Virus record (IMG/VR): IMGVR_UViG_3300027608_000010
Direction: 5' to 3' (one strand)
DNA from: a virus
Taxonomy: Duplodnaviria; Caudoviricetes
DNA: 64,000 nucleotides
Position numbers and translations under genes: made by a program. Below are positions 1 to 9,471 of the stretch, one piece after another. The notes under the pieces were generated by a model, which did no database searches, was not told the DNA's origin, and saw only the letters and a list, made by a program, of their open reading frames with translations. Numbering within the stretch: position 1 is the first letter of the stretch; each line of letters opens with the position of its first letter.

Positions 1-408
1 TACAATCGTAGCATTAACGAGGATACGTTACGTTGGTGGAGTACTCAAAGCGAGGCTGCACAAGAAGAAGCTATGGGAGATTCTGGACGTGAATCATTGT
101 CTGACTGCATGGAGAAACTATATAAGTTTTGTTGGAACCGTCGTGCTGTATGGTCGCACGGTGCACCCTTTGACGTTGTTGTCATGGAGTCAGCACTAAG
201 ACAAACTTCAACTAGACCTAATCCAATACCCTGGGCTTTCTATACAGTAAGAGATACACGAACATTATTTGACATTACTGGAGTAAGTCTTAAAGACGGT
301 GGACACGTGACTACCCACAAAGCGGTAGAAGATGCTGAACGTCAGGCTATTGTCGTACAGAAAGCGTATATGAAATTAATTAAAGCAGGATTAGTGCCAC
401 CTAAATGA
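1..408 (+). CDS. 3'-5' DEDD-family exonuclease (Rv2179c/epsilon-like), 5'-truncated by window edge
   Basis: Frame 1 is open from base 1 (YNRSINEDTLRWWSTQ...). Motifs WSHGAPFD, RDTRTL and HKAVEDA match ExoII/ExoIII-type motifs. Confidence 0.75.
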   Translation, partial: YNRSINEDTLRWWSTQSEAAQEEAMGDSGRESLSDCMEKLYKFCWNRRAVWSHGAPFDVVVMESALRQTSTRPNPIPWAFYTVRDTRTLFDITGVSLKDGGHVTTHKAVEDAERQAIVVQKAYMKLIKAGLVPPK

Positions 409-998
409 AGTTTCAATCAGATATTGATATTGACTTTGGTAACAGAGATAGTATATTAAAACATATCTCACATATACCTGCGGCAATGCGTAGAGCTAAT
501 CCTATTCGTAAACATGCAACTGGTATCTATGTGACAGAGATTCCATATGATGCACTACTTGACATGGCTAACATGGACTATAGTGAAGCAGAAAGTCGCG
601 GGTATCTTAAGTTAGACTTTTTGAACGTGCATGTATATGATAAGGTTCGTGATGAACAGCATTTGATTGAATTGATGCGTGAACCTAATTGGGACAAATT
701 AAATGATAAAGTATTTGTGGGACAACTGATTCACTTGAGTAACCATTATCATAGTATGCAAAAGATGCAAGATCCTATTAATAGCATACCTAGACTTGCT
801 ATGATGTTAGCAATAATTAGACCTGCTAAAAAGCATTTAATTGGATTACCTTGGAAAGAAGTTGCAGAAACAGTGTGGGAGAAGAATATAGATGGATACA
901 GTTTTAAGAAAAGTCATGCAATTTCCTACTCATGGCTTGTTGCAGTGCATATGAATCTATTAGAAGAATTAGGACATCCTCTTGACGAGGGTAATTGA
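405..998 (+). CDS. dnaE: DNA polymerase III alpha (DnaE)-like catalytic C-terminal fragment
   Basis: SDIDIDF (DnaE PDxDxDF), HATGIYV (HAAGVVI), YLKLDFLNV (KxDFLGL), LAIIRPA (ALxRPG) and GYSFKKSHAISY (GYxFNKSHAxAY), all in the right order within 197 aa. Confidence 0.8.
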   Translation: MKFQSDIDIDFGNRDSILKHISHIPAAMRRANPIRKHATGIYVTEIPYDALLDMANMDYSEAESRGYLKLDFLNVHVYDKVRDEQHLIELMREPNWDKLNDKVFVGQLIHLSNHYHSMQKMQDPINSIPRLAMMLAIIRPAKKHLIGLPWKEVAETVWEKNIDGYSFKKSHAISYSWLVAVHMNLLEELGHPLDEGN

Positions 999-1349
999 TT
1001 TTCTTTTTGATTTTCTTTTGGCCAATTCTAATATGCTACATATCGGACCATGAACTACGGTGAGACTTTTGTTGTTGAATGTTCTTATATATGGCTTAAA
1101 CATCATCCATTCTTCTTTTAAAAACATATTGATGGGTACTAAACGATTACTCTCCCACCACCATACATCACCTAATTCTAAAAATTTCTCCCTTAGTAAC
1201 TGGTCTACTATTGCCCCGTAATCATAGATAGTTGTAACCACATCATCTCTATTTTGAACAATTCCAACATAATCTTGTCCTGCATAGGAACATATGGTTA
1301 TAAAGGGGTGATTTTTAGTTAGTTTGTTAAAGAATTCGTTTTGAATCAT
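969..1349 (-). CDS. hypothetical phage protein
   Basis: ORF track gives 969..1379. ATG at 1349 is preferred because a GATAAATA late motif lies on the minus strand at 1370-1377. Confidence 0.65.
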   Translation of the reverse strand: MIQNEFFNKLTKNHPFITICSYAGQDYVGIVQNRDDVVTTIYDYGAIVDQLLREKFLELGDVWWWESNRLVPINMFLKEEWMMFKPYIRTFNNKSLTVVHGPICSILELAKRKSKRKSITLVKRMS

Positions 1350-1435
1350 TATTTTAGTGTTCTCGGATTTATTTATCAATTTTATTTGCCCAATGTATTT
1401 AAATTTATTAATAAATATAGTAAAGGACCAACATT

Positions 1436-2188
1436 GTGTATTCTACCTCAGTAAGCTATTATATCCCCCGACAAACGGTAGTACTCTATTCAGGATCCTC
1501 ACCTAGGAGTTATCAAACCGTGTATGCTAAAAATTTAAAAATCCATAAAGGAATTGACAATACATTACAATTTCAATTCATAAATCAGGACCAAAAACCA
1601 GTAAACCTGACCGGTAAGTCTATCACTTGTATATTGATGAATTATGATGGTTCTGAAATAATATTACAGAAAACATTGTCATTAGTGTATCCTTTAACAG
1701 GAATAGCAAGTTTAGATGTTCTATCTTTAGAAACACTTGCATTAGATGCTTCTTTATGTCATTACTCATTGACTATACCGATTGGTGCATTTGATTACCC
1801 GGTATTCGTTGATGATAGTTCAGGTGGACGTGGAGTCATTGAGATAGTGAACAGTGTATTACCTAAATTTACACCATCTACACAATTAGAGTTGACGGTC
1901 CATGACACCCCAACAAACATTAATCCAGTAACTTACTACAGTACAACGTACACACCAAAACACAATTCACTATTGACTGTCCAAACAACATTAGATAATT
2001 ACAATGGAACAATTAAGTTTCAAGGATCAGCAACAGGTGTGTCCCAAGAATGGTTCTATTTAGATACTGAAGAAACATATACTGGTTATACCAATATTGA
2101 TTACTTCAATTTAGAAGGTCATTTTCCATACTTTAGAATTGAATTTGCAAGTACTGGTGGAACAGTAGACAAAGTTTTGGTTAGATAA
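1436..2188 (+). CDS. putative virion structural protein
   Basis: 250 aa beta-rich ORF with GTG start, AAGGA RBS and upstream ATAAATA late motif (1411-1417). Confidence 0.55.
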   Translation: MYSTSVSYYIPRQTVVLYSGSSPRSYQTVYAKNLKIHKGIDNTLQFQFINQDQKPVNLTGKSITCILMNYDGSEIILQKTLSLVYPLTGIASLDVLSLETLALDASLCHYSLTIPIGAFDYPVFVDDSSGGRGVIEIVNSVLPKFTPSTQLELTVHDTPTNINPVTYYSTTYTPKHNSLLTVQTTLDNYNGTIKFQGSATGVSQEWFYLDTEETYTGYTNIDYFNLEGHFPYFRIEFASTGGTVDKVLVR

Positions 2189-2201
2189 GTATCCATCGTT
2201 C

Positions 2202-2230
2202 TTGTCATATGAATGACTTTGTGTTATACT
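2202..2230 (+). promoter_or_regulatory. sigma70-like promoter of primase (TTGTCA-17-TATACT, extended TGn)
   Basis: -35 at 2202-2207, -10 at 2225-2230, ATG at 2238. Confidence 0.6.
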
Positions 2231-2237
2231 AACACAG

Positions 2238-3212
2238 ATGTTTGATATACTCTCAATAATACCCGGTCGTAAGAAACAAACAAGCGGTGGTTGGACAAGT
2301 TTCAACGCTATTTGTTGTTCCCATCGCGGGCATAGACCTGATGATAAATTTCGTGGTGGCATCAAATTTGATGGACAAACGAATTGGGTATACCATTGCT
2401 TCAATTGTAGTTATAGTTGCAGTTTTACATTGGGTAGAGTTATCAACGACAAAGCAAGAAAATTCTTACTATGGTGCGGTGTTGATATAGAACAGATTCA
2501 ACTTTGGAGTCTTGAAAGTTTACGCAACAAAGACTTTTTAGATTTCAGTTATCGTAAAAAGGTTCGTGAAACACTTTCATTTAAGACTAGAGAATTACCC
2601 GATGGTGAATTGTTAGATGGCAATAATCCTAATCATAGTGTATTCTTACAATATCTACGAAATAGAAAGATTGATGAAAAACTATTACCCTTCATTGTAA
2701 CACCCAATGATAAGGGTAGACATTCTAATCGTATTGTTATCCCATATACGTATAAGGGAAAGACTGTAGGACACACTAGTAGATTTTTAGATAACAGAAT
2801 ACCTAAGTATATCAACGACCAAGAAGCCGGGTATGTATTTGGATATGACTTTCAGAGACCAGAATGGCAAGCATGTATTCTAGTTGAGGGTATCTTTGAT
2901 GCAATGAGTATACATGGTTGTGCTTTAACACACAATACAATATCAACTGAACAAGCACAGTTATTAGCGCAACTAAACAAGAAAATCATTGTTGTACCTG
3001 ATCGTGATGCTACCGGACTTGAGATATGTGACAAAGCATTAGAGTTTGGGTATAGTGTCAGCTTACCTGATTGGGATAGTTCAGTTAAAGATGTAAATGA
3101 CGCAGTAGTAAAATACGGTAGACTACCTGCGTTACTAAGTATATTAGAAAATGCAACAATGAGTAAGATAAAAATAGAAATGCAGAGGCGTAAAATTGCA
3201 AAAGGATTATAA
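2238..3212 (+). CDS. DNA primase (T4 gp61-like, Zn finger + TOPRIM)
   Basis: N-terminal Cys/His zinc ribbon (AICCSH...YHCFNC). TOPRIM motifs VEGIFDAM and VVPDRDATG. Confidence 0.9.
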   Translation: MFDILSIIPGRKKQTSGGWTSFNAICCSHRGHRPDDKFRGGIKFDGQTNWVYHCFNCSYSCSFTLGRVINDKARKFLLWCGVDIEQIQLWSLESLRNKDFLDFSYRKKVRETLSFKTRELPDGELLDGNNPNHSVFLQYLRNRKIDEKLLPFIVTPNDKGRHSNRIVIPYTYKGKTVGHTSRFLDNRIPKYINDQEAGYVFGYDFQRPEWQACILVEGIFDAMSIHGCALTHNTISTEQAQLLAQLNKKIIVVPDRDATGLEICDKALEFGYSVSLPDWDSSVKDVNDAVVKYGRLPALLSILENATMSKIKIEMQRRKIAKGL

Positions 3213-4608
3213 TGTAGAGATTCAGCGGCTCTTTTTAGAGATGATGCTAACAAATGCAGAACTCTATACTAGGGTAATGAATATTATGAATGCACAGAAC
3301 TTTGACAAGGGATTAAGACCTGTGGCAGAGTTTATGGTAGAATATAGTGAGAAATATAGTCTGTTACCTGATATTAAACAGATTTCAGCAACAACAGGAA
3401 CTAACCTAAGTCTAGTCGAAGACTTTGGTGAGAAACATACTGAATGGTTCTTAGAAGAATTTGAATCATTTACTAAACGACAAGAATTAGAACGAGCAAT
3501 TCTTAAAGCAGCCGATTTACTTGAGAAGGGTGAATTCGGACCAGTTGAGAAACTAATCAAGGACGCGGTACAGATTAGTTTGCAACGAGATATGGGTACA
3601 GATTACTTTGCTAATCCCAAAGAACGATTACATAGATATTTCAATGCAGGTGGACAGCAAAGCACAGGCTGGCCGCAACTTGATAGATTGTTATATGGTG
3701 GCTTCAGTCGAGGTGAATTGAATATCTTTGCAGGTGGTTCAGGATCAGGTAAGAGTTTGGTCATGATGAACATCGCATTGAATTGGTTACAAATGGGATT
3801 GAGTGGTGTTTATGTATCGTTAGAACTATCAGAAGAAATGACCTCATTGCGTACTGATGCGATGTTGACAATGATGAGTACCAGAGATATTCGTAGAGAT
3901 ATTGACGGCACTGAACTTAAAGTTAGAATAGCATCTAAGAAAGCAGGTGAATATCGTGTTAAAGGAATGCCTGCACAAAGTAATGTTAACGATATTCGTT
4001 CATACTTAAAAGAAGTACAAATCCAAACTGGAATCAAAGTTGACTTTGTTATGATTGACTATCTTGACTTGGTTATGCCAGTATCAGTTAAAGTCAATCC
4101 TAACGACCAGTTTATTAAAGACAAGTATGTCAGTGAAGAATTACGTAATTTGTCAAAAGAACTAGGTGTATTAATGGTCACTGCAAGTCAATTGAATCGT
4201 AGTGCGGTTGAAGAAATAGAATACGATCATAGTCATATTGCAGGTGGTATCAGTAAGATTAACACAGCAGATAACGTGTTTGGTATCTTTACGAGTCGCA
4301 GTATGAAAGAACGCGGAAAGTATGGAATTCAATGTATGAAAAGTCGTAATTCTACAGGAGTAGGTCAAAAAATTGACCTAGATTATAACATTGAAACTAT
4401 GCGTATTACGGATGAAGACCCGGAAGGATATTCGGATCAGCAAGCAAAATATAGGCCAGCTCCGAGTCCCAACGATATTATGAATCAAGTAAAGCCCCAA
4501 TCTACTGTAGTGGGGGAAAATATACATCTCCCGGAAGAGACAAAGCGTGTAGTAGCAGATGTGCGAGGGGCGACACTTAAATCTTTACTTAAGAATCTCC
4601 AAAATTGA
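3196..4608 (+). CDS. replicative DnaB/T4 gp41-like helicase
   Basis: Walker A GGSGSGKS, Walker B VMIDYLD, VTASQLNR motif; adjacent to primase. Confidence 0.92.
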   Translation: MQKDYNVEIQRLFLEMMLTNAELYTRVMNIMNAQNFDKGLRPVAEFMVEYSEKYSLLPDIKQISATTGTNLSLVEDFGEKHTEWFLEEFESFTKRQELERAILKAADLLEKGEFGPVEKLIKDAVQISLQRDMGTDYFANPKERLHRYFNAGGQQSTGWPQLDRLLYGGFSRGELNIFAGGSGSGKSLVMMNIALNWLQMGLSGVYVSLELSEEMTSLRTDAMLTMMSTRDIRRDIDGTELKVRIASKKAGEYRVKGMPAQSNVNDIRSYLKEVQIQTGIKVDFVMIDYLDLVMPVSVKVNPNDQFIKDKYVSEELRNLSKELGVLMVTASQLNRSAVEEIEYDHSHIAGGISKINTADNVFGIFTSRSMKERGKYGIQCMKSRNSTGVGQKIDLDYNIETMRITDEDPEGYSDQQAKYRPAPSPNDIMNQVKPQSTVVGENIHLPEETKRVVADVRGATLKSLLKNLQN

Positions 4609-4635
4609 TAAATACTATTAGGATCTACCCACAAC

Positions 4636-4884
4636 ATGCAAAGAAAAACCCGTAGTCTTTTAGAAGAATTAGAAGCAATTGGAAATAATCGTGATACGTC
4701 ACATATTATTGAAAGCCGTGCCCATAATATCATCACTAGCGCAATTAATCTATTGGAAATGATTAACAAGCACTATGACAGTGAAAAGGCTCAGATACTA
4801 GAGAGAAAATTGCTTAGTGCTATTAAAGCACGTGATCAGGATAGATTCTCAAAAAGTTTGAGGAAAAAAGATGAGATTCTCTGA
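4636..4884 (+). CDS. hypothetical protein
   Basis: 82 aa ORF following late motif GATAAATA at 4607-4614. Confidence 0.65.
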   Translation: MQRKTRSLLEELEAIGNNRDTSHIIESRAHNIITSAINLLEMINKHYDSEKAQILERKLLSAIKARDQDRFSKSLRKKDEIL

Positions 4885-5575
4885 GTTTGATTTTTTAATT
4901 GAGGGGGGCGGATCCCGCCGACAAAGACAACGGGCTAAACGTCAGCAACAGCAGGCTCCACAACAGCAGGCTCCACAACAGCAGGCTCCACAACAGCAGG
5001 CTCCACAACAGCAGGCTGCCCCTGCATCACCGGCGTATGCTCAACAACAACAGGCTGCACAAGCGCAACAACAAGCAATGCAATACAGTCTTCATGGAGG
5101 TTCTAAACCAGATGAAACTGACATTCAGCATATTAATTCTTGGGCTGATGCAATTCAATCTGGAGCGCATTCACCCGGTGATGTTCCTGATGTATACCTA
5201 CAGTATGTTAATAAAGCTATCCAGGGCAGAAGCCTGTCAGCCCCTGCAAGACGAACAGGCCCTATTAATAATAGAGTGGATAAGAGAGCAGATCAAATTT
5301 TTATCAATAACTTTTCAACCAAATTACGTAACGCAAAAACAGATCCTCAGTTTGATTATAATAAGTTTACTCAGGACTATCTAACAAGAAATAACTATAA
5401 TACCGGGGTATATAAACTTGCATTAGACCAAGCATTAGACCAAGCTGTTACTGGAAAGAATGACCAGGCTGATTTAGCACTTGGTCCAGTAATGTTAAAA
5501 ATAGCGCAAGCAAATACTAATAAGGCTAAAGTAGAAATGCCGAGTATTAAGGGAATGATGGGTATCCCAAATTAA
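4871..5575 (+). CDS. hypothetical protein with QQQAP repeat, putative internal head protein
   Basis: 234 aa. N-terminus MRFSEFDFLIE; low-complexity Q/A/P tract. Confidence 0.65.
   Translation: MRFSEFDFLIEGGGSRRQRQRAKRQQQQAPQQQAPQQQAPQQQAPQQQAAPASPAYAQQQQAAQAQQQAMQYSLHGGSKPDETDIQHINSWADAIQSGAHSPGDVPDVYLQYVNKAIQGRSLSAPARRTGPINNRVDKRADQIFINNFSTKLRNAKTDPQFDYNKFTQDYLTRNNYNTGVYKLALDQALDQAVTGKNDQADLALGPVMLKIAQANTNKAKVEMPSIKGMMGIPN
4946..5017 (+). repeat. 15-bp tandem repeat CAACAGCAGGCTCCA x4 plus partial copy
   Basis: Exact copies start at 4946, 4961, 4976 and 4991; partial copy at 5006. Confidence 0.95.
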
Positions 5576-5583
5576 ATTAATAT

Positions 5584-5609
5584 AGCCCGCTTTTATTGCG
5601 GGCTTTTTT
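5584..5609 (+). terminator. rho-independent terminator
   Basis: AGCCCGC-TTTTATT-GCGGGCT followed by a T-tract. Confidence 0.85.
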
Positions 5610-5626
5610 ACCTCTATAAATAGTGT

Positions 5627-6085
5627 ATGTCATTAAAAATTAAATGCTACACCCTGTTTGATATAACTAAAACAGGAATTACAAACAGAAGAAACACTCC
5701 CGCTCCTGTTGCGGAAAAGATAACATTGTGGGAACAACAAAGAAATACACAATGTAATCTTGATACTATTATTCAAATAATCTCCTTAAGAGGGTTACCA
5801 GAAGAAATTACAACACCTGAAAAAGAAGAAGTTACACTAAGTGACACAGAAAGATTTGGATTTTTATTAGAATCAGAAGAACCTTGTACAATGTGGTCAT
5901 TTAGCTTTACTATTGTTGGGGAAGATATGTTTAATGATGGTATAGCTAATTTAGGATATCTATTCTCTGATTGTGAAGGTGTACCCATGATTCAAGTTGG
6001 TAATGAATTTAATAAATTACCAACATTTTTAGATGTTACTCCTGAATTAAGAAATATATACTTTGAGGTGATTGATGGTCAGTAA
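5627..6085 (+). CDS. hypothetical protein (late, apparently leaderless)
   Basis: 152 aa. TATAAATA at 5615-5622 lies 4 nt before the ATG. Confidence 0.7.
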   Translation: MSLKIKCYTLFDITKTGITNRRNTPAPVAEKITLWEQQRNTQCNLDTIIQIISLRGLPEEITTPEKEEVTLSDTERFGFLLESEEPCTMWSFSFTIVGEDMFNDGIANLGYLFSDCEGVPMIQVGNEFNKLPTFLDVTPELRNIYFEVIDGQ

Positions 6086-6560
6086 AAACGACAAATTATT
6101 TTCTATTCTGACTAGGATGTTCAGTAAAGAAAAGCTATCAAAATTAGAACGTGAAATCATTTATCAGGATCCTGACGGAACATATAGACTGTACGGTGAT
6201 TATTCTATCAAAAAAAATGATGACGGATATCTAATGACTAAAGATGCAACATACACTAGTCATACTTTTACTGAGTTAAAGAATGCAGTAACTTGGATCA
6301 CGTTTGATAAATCTAATTATATTATGGATGCTGCCCGAGTTCTTTACTTAGACAGTATTCTTTCAGGAACACTGGAAAATCTAAAACTACATCAAAAATT
6401 AGCTAAGTCTGGGAAGAACCTAGAAGCTAGGACTATCATTTTGACTAAGTTGAACGAAGATATGCTCAAAAAGCAGAAACTTCTATCAGAATTAGAGAAT
6501 TTTATAGACAAGGCCAATGCTTGGCAACATAAACAATTTGCGCTAAACTCCGCAAAATAA
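6075..6560 (+). CDS. hypothetical protein
   Basis: ATG at 6075 with GAGGTG RBS, overlapping the previous stop. Confidence 0.65.
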   Translation: MVSKNDKLFSILTRMFSKEKLSKLEREIIYQDPDGTYRLYGDYSIKKNDDGYLMTKDATYTSHTFTELKNAVTWITFDKSNYIMDAARVLYLDSILSGTLENLKLHQKLAKSGKNLEARTIILTKLNEDMLKKQKLLSELENFIDKANAWQHKQFALNSAK

Positions 6561-6603
6561 TTAAACCAATGATAAATATATTATCAGTACTCTAGGAAAA
6601 ACT

Positions 6604-7326
6604 ATGAAACTAACCGAATTTAACGCTAAACCAACAACAGTAGCTAAACAAGCTCTAAAAGAACACTTCAACACATCCTTTAATGTTGAGAAGCTAGGTC
6701 TATATGAGACTAAAAATATGCTTAAAAAAGTCAAAGGATTGATGAGTGAAGCAAAAAACAAGTCAATGAGTGGAGAACAAAATCCTGCTTACTTGAAACT
6801 TGTGTTCATGGAACAAGCACTAAATCATCATTACGGTGATTTAAGAACTATGCCAATGTACAATCCACGTATTGTTGTTGAGAATGAAGAAGTTGAGAAA
6901 TCTCAAGTTGTTCTAGCCGCACAAGAAATGGTTGATTCAATGCAAAAGATGATTGAACAAGTTAGTGATATGCTAGTAAAAGAATTACCAGCAGTTGTTG
7001 ACGGTGTTAACAGTGAGTTTGGAACAAGTGAAGGTGAACAATTTAGTAGCCAAGTAACAGAGGCATTGACTTCACTACAAGCCGCACTAACACAATCTAA
7101 GACAGGTCTTACAGGCGCATTAGGTGTTGTGACTGGTCAAGGCGGCGGCTTTGGTATGGATGCAGGAGGCATGGATAATGGTATGGGAGCCGATCCAATG
7201 GCAGGTGGCGAGATGGGACCTGATCTAGGTGGTGAAGAAATGGGTGCTGACGCAATGGCAGAACCTGAGATGCCAGCAGAAGAACCAGAAGAGCCTATGC
7301 CAGCAGTAGGCAGAACTAAGCGTTAA
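6604..7326 (+). CDS. putative head/prohead-core protein
   Basis: MKLTEF leader, helical body, acidic G/M/E/P tail, late motif at 6571-6578. Confidence 0.5.
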   Translation: MKLTEFNAKPTTVAKQALKEHFNTSFNVEKLGLYETKNMLKKVKGLMSEAKNKSMSGEQNPAYLKLVFMEQALNHHYGDLRTMPMYNPRIVVENEEVEKSQVVLAAQEMVDSMQKMIEQVSDMLVKELPAVVDGVNSEFGTSEGEQFSSQVTEALTSLQAALTQSKTGLTGALGVVTGQGGGFGMDAGGMDNGMGADPMAGGEMGPDLGGEEMGADAMAEPEMPAEEPEEPMPAVGRTKR

Positions 7327-7327
7327 T

Positions 7328-7642
7328 ATGCGCTTATACGAATTCAGTGATAATGACCCATTGCGTATTAAGTTGACAGCAGTAGCTAATCAACTTTCTA
7401 CGCAAAATGAACCTATGACCACTGATGAATTCTTGACTGTCTTAAACAAGAATGGCATAACTGTAGACAAAGCAGATTTGTTTAATATGATTAAACAAGA
7501 TCCACTGAAAAATATCATCAGAGATATCGAAAAAGATCAAGTTATCTTCAAGGGCCAAGACCGTGACACAGAGGGTGCTGAACAAGGCCCGGATGAGAAT
7601 GAAAAGATTCGCCAGCAAATGGCTAGTAAACAAATCAATTAA
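7328..7642 (+). CDS. hypothetical protein
   Basis: 104 aa with MRLYEF leader. Confidence 0.65.
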   Translation: MRLYEFSDNDPLRIKLTAVANQLSTQNEPMTTDEFLTVLNKNGITVDKADLFNMIKQDPLKNIIRDIEKDQVIFKGQDRDTEGAEQGPDENEKIRQQMASKQIN

Positions 7643-7652
7643 CCGAATATAG

Positions 7653-7681
7653 TTGACAATTAATCTAAGATAGTGTATAAT
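7653..7681 (+). promoter_or_regulatory. consensus sigma70 promoter TTGACA-17-TATAAT
   Basis: -35 at 7653-7658, -10 at 7676-7681, ATG at 7690. Confidence 0.85.
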
Positions 7682-7689
7682 CTTAGTAA

Positions 7690-8376
7690 ATGTACAATCC
7701 CAACAAATTCAAATACGAACCACTCAAACGCATTGACACACCAGAAGGTCGTAGATATGCAACTCCCGATGGTAATAAACTTCCCTCAGTCACTACAATA
7801 CTAGATGCTACTAAATCAGAAGAATCCAAAAAAGCATTGATGGAGTGGCGCAAACGAGTCGGTCCCCAAAAAGCACAAGAGATAACAACTGAAGCCGCAG
7901 GTCGTGGTACACGAATGCACAAGTGGCTTGAAGATTATATTAAGACAGGTGAAATAGGCACACCGGGAAGCAATCCATATAGTATTCAAAGTCATCAAAT
8001 GGCTCAGAGCATCATTGCTCAAGGACTTAGTAAGTGTAATGAATACTGGGGTACAGAAGTTCCAGTATATTTCCCGTCAGTTTATGCTGGTACAACTGAC
8101 TTGTGTGGTGTACATGATAATGCAGAAGCTATCATGGATCACAAGCAGACAAACAAGCCCAAGAAACGTGAGTGGATTGATGACTATTTTGTACAGCTGG
8201 CAGCCTATGCTAACGCACACAATGAAGTGCATGGAACAAAGATACGTAAGGGTGTTATTTTTATGTGTTCAGCTGCCAATGAATACCAAGAATTCATCGT
8301 TGAGGGTACTGAATTTGACAAATATACTGATATGTGGTTCAAAAAGTGTGAACAATTCTATATGAAGTTCTTGTAA
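7690..8376 (+). CDS. PD-(D/E)XK exonuclease (Cas4/lambda-exo-like)
   Basis: LPSVTTIL, GTRMH, YAGTTDL, DHKQT and YFVQLAAYA motifs. Confidence 0.85.
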   Translation: MYNPNKFKYEPLKRIDTPEGRRYATPDGNKLPSVTTILDATKSEESKKALMEWRKRVGPQKAQEITTEAAGRGTRMHKWLEDYIKTGEIGTPGSNPYSIQSHQMAQSIIAQGLSKCNEYWGTEVPVYFPSVYAGTTDLCGVHDNAEAIMDHKQTNKPKKREWIDDYFVQLAAYANAHNEVHGTKIRKGVIFMCSAANEYQEFIVEGTEFDKYTDMWFKKCEQFYMKFL

Positions 8377-8413
8377 ATCGTGATAAATAGTTTAATCAAC
8401 TGAAGATTAAACT

Positions 8414-9394
8414 ATGGCCATTGTACAAATAAGTAAAATAATTCACAGAGTAGGTGCAAATATAGATTTGCCCCAATTAGACACGGGGGAAATAGGATTT
8501 GCATCAGATACTCAACGAGTATATATAGGAAACGATCCTATATTAGTACCTGTTCCGGATGGTGGAACAACTACACAAACTGAAATATTAACTGAAGTCT
8601 CAACATTACAATTTGCTAAAGTAGAAGGTTCTAGTAATACTTATCTTAGCACAGCTAATATTGTTACTGGTCAACTATTAGTAGCAAACGGCAATGCATC
8701 AACCGGTACGTCTTGGACTAACTGGGACGGAACAAAATTAGGCCCTAATAAAAATATTAAACTAAGTTTAGGAGCCCCTGCAAATATTTCAATTTCAGGC
8801 GGAATGAGTGGCGGCTTATTATCTACTGATGGAACCGGTAATTTAAGTTGGACATCCTCTGTTGGAGGAGGAGCAAGTTTACCTCAAGACGCAGAAGGTT
8901 GGTTGTATAATACTGGGTCTGATTTGTCTTGGGGTAAACCTAGCAACATTATTAGTGGAAACAGTAATGTATCTATTACCGCTAACAGCAATGTAACAAT
9001 AAGTGTGGGTGGAACTGCAAATATTGCAACCTTTTCAACAGCAAATATTACTCTTAGTGCTAATACAGATATTAAATTAAGCGGTACTGGCTCAGAAGTT
9101 TCGGGTGCCAATCTTATTAGTGGTAACTACTTAGTAGGTACATTAACAACAGCCGCACAACCTAATATCACAAGTGTTGGTACATTGGCTAATTTAACAG
9201 TTACAGGTAATGCAACTGTTGGTACACTGATAGTAACAGTAGCAACTGCACCAGCAAATAGCTTTGGTGCTGTCGGCGATAAAAAAGGTACTATAGCGTT
9301 TGACAATAATTACATGTATTACTGTAGACAAGACTATGTTGACAATTTAACAGACATTTGGTCTAGAGTTTCAATGAGTCAGACTCCTTTCTAA
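8414..9394 (+). CDS. virion fibre/baseplate-associated protein
   Basis: N-terminal LPQLDTGEIGF (Mtd-N-like), a TTAAQPNITSVGTL fibre repeat, late motif at 8382-8389. Confidence 0.6.
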   Translation: MAIVQISKIIHRVGANIDLPQLDTGEIGFASDTQRVYIGNDPILVPVPDGGTTTQTEILTEVSTLQFAKVEGSSNTYLSTANIVTGQLLVANGNASTGTSWTNWDGTKLGPNKNIKLSLGAPANISISGGMSGGLLSTDGTGNLSWTSSVGGGASLPQDAEGWLYNTGSDLSWGKPSNIISGNSNVSITANSNVTISVGGTANIATFSTANITLSANTDIKLSGTGSEVSGANLISGNYLVGTLTTAAQPNITSVGTLANLTVTGNATVGTLIVTVATAPANSFGAVGDKKGTIAFDNNYMYYCRQDYVDNLTDIWSRVSMSQTPF

Positions 9395-9417
9395 TCACCC
9401 AAAAAAGATAAATATAA

Positions 9418-9471
9418 TGTTCGCTCTTGAATGAGAGTTTACGCAGTAAGCCACTGCGTAGGCCTAGAACG
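9418..9471 (+). ncRNA. candidate structured 5' leader RNA (three-way junction)
   Basis: P1 GTTC 9419-22/GAAC 9467-70; P2 GCTCTT/GAGAGT; P3 TACGCAGT/ACTGCGTA. Begins just after late motif 9407-9414. Confidence 0.45.

Noticed and set aside
1403-1416. Perfect 14-bp palindrome ATTTATTAATAAAT as a bidirectional promoter or operator
   Set aside because: It is A/T-only in an AT-rich gap, so it is likely chance. The minus-strand gene has its own motif at 1370-1377.
4899-5384. Alternative-frame ORF with NSRLH repeats
   Set aside because: Same 15-bp repeat read in another frame. The 4871 frame has the shared leader motif and a coupled start.
7690-8376. Cas4 / CRISPR adaptation gene
   Set aside because: It lacks the four-Cys Fe-S cluster pattern and there are no cas genes or array. 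It is an ordinary phage PD-(D/E)XK exonuclease.
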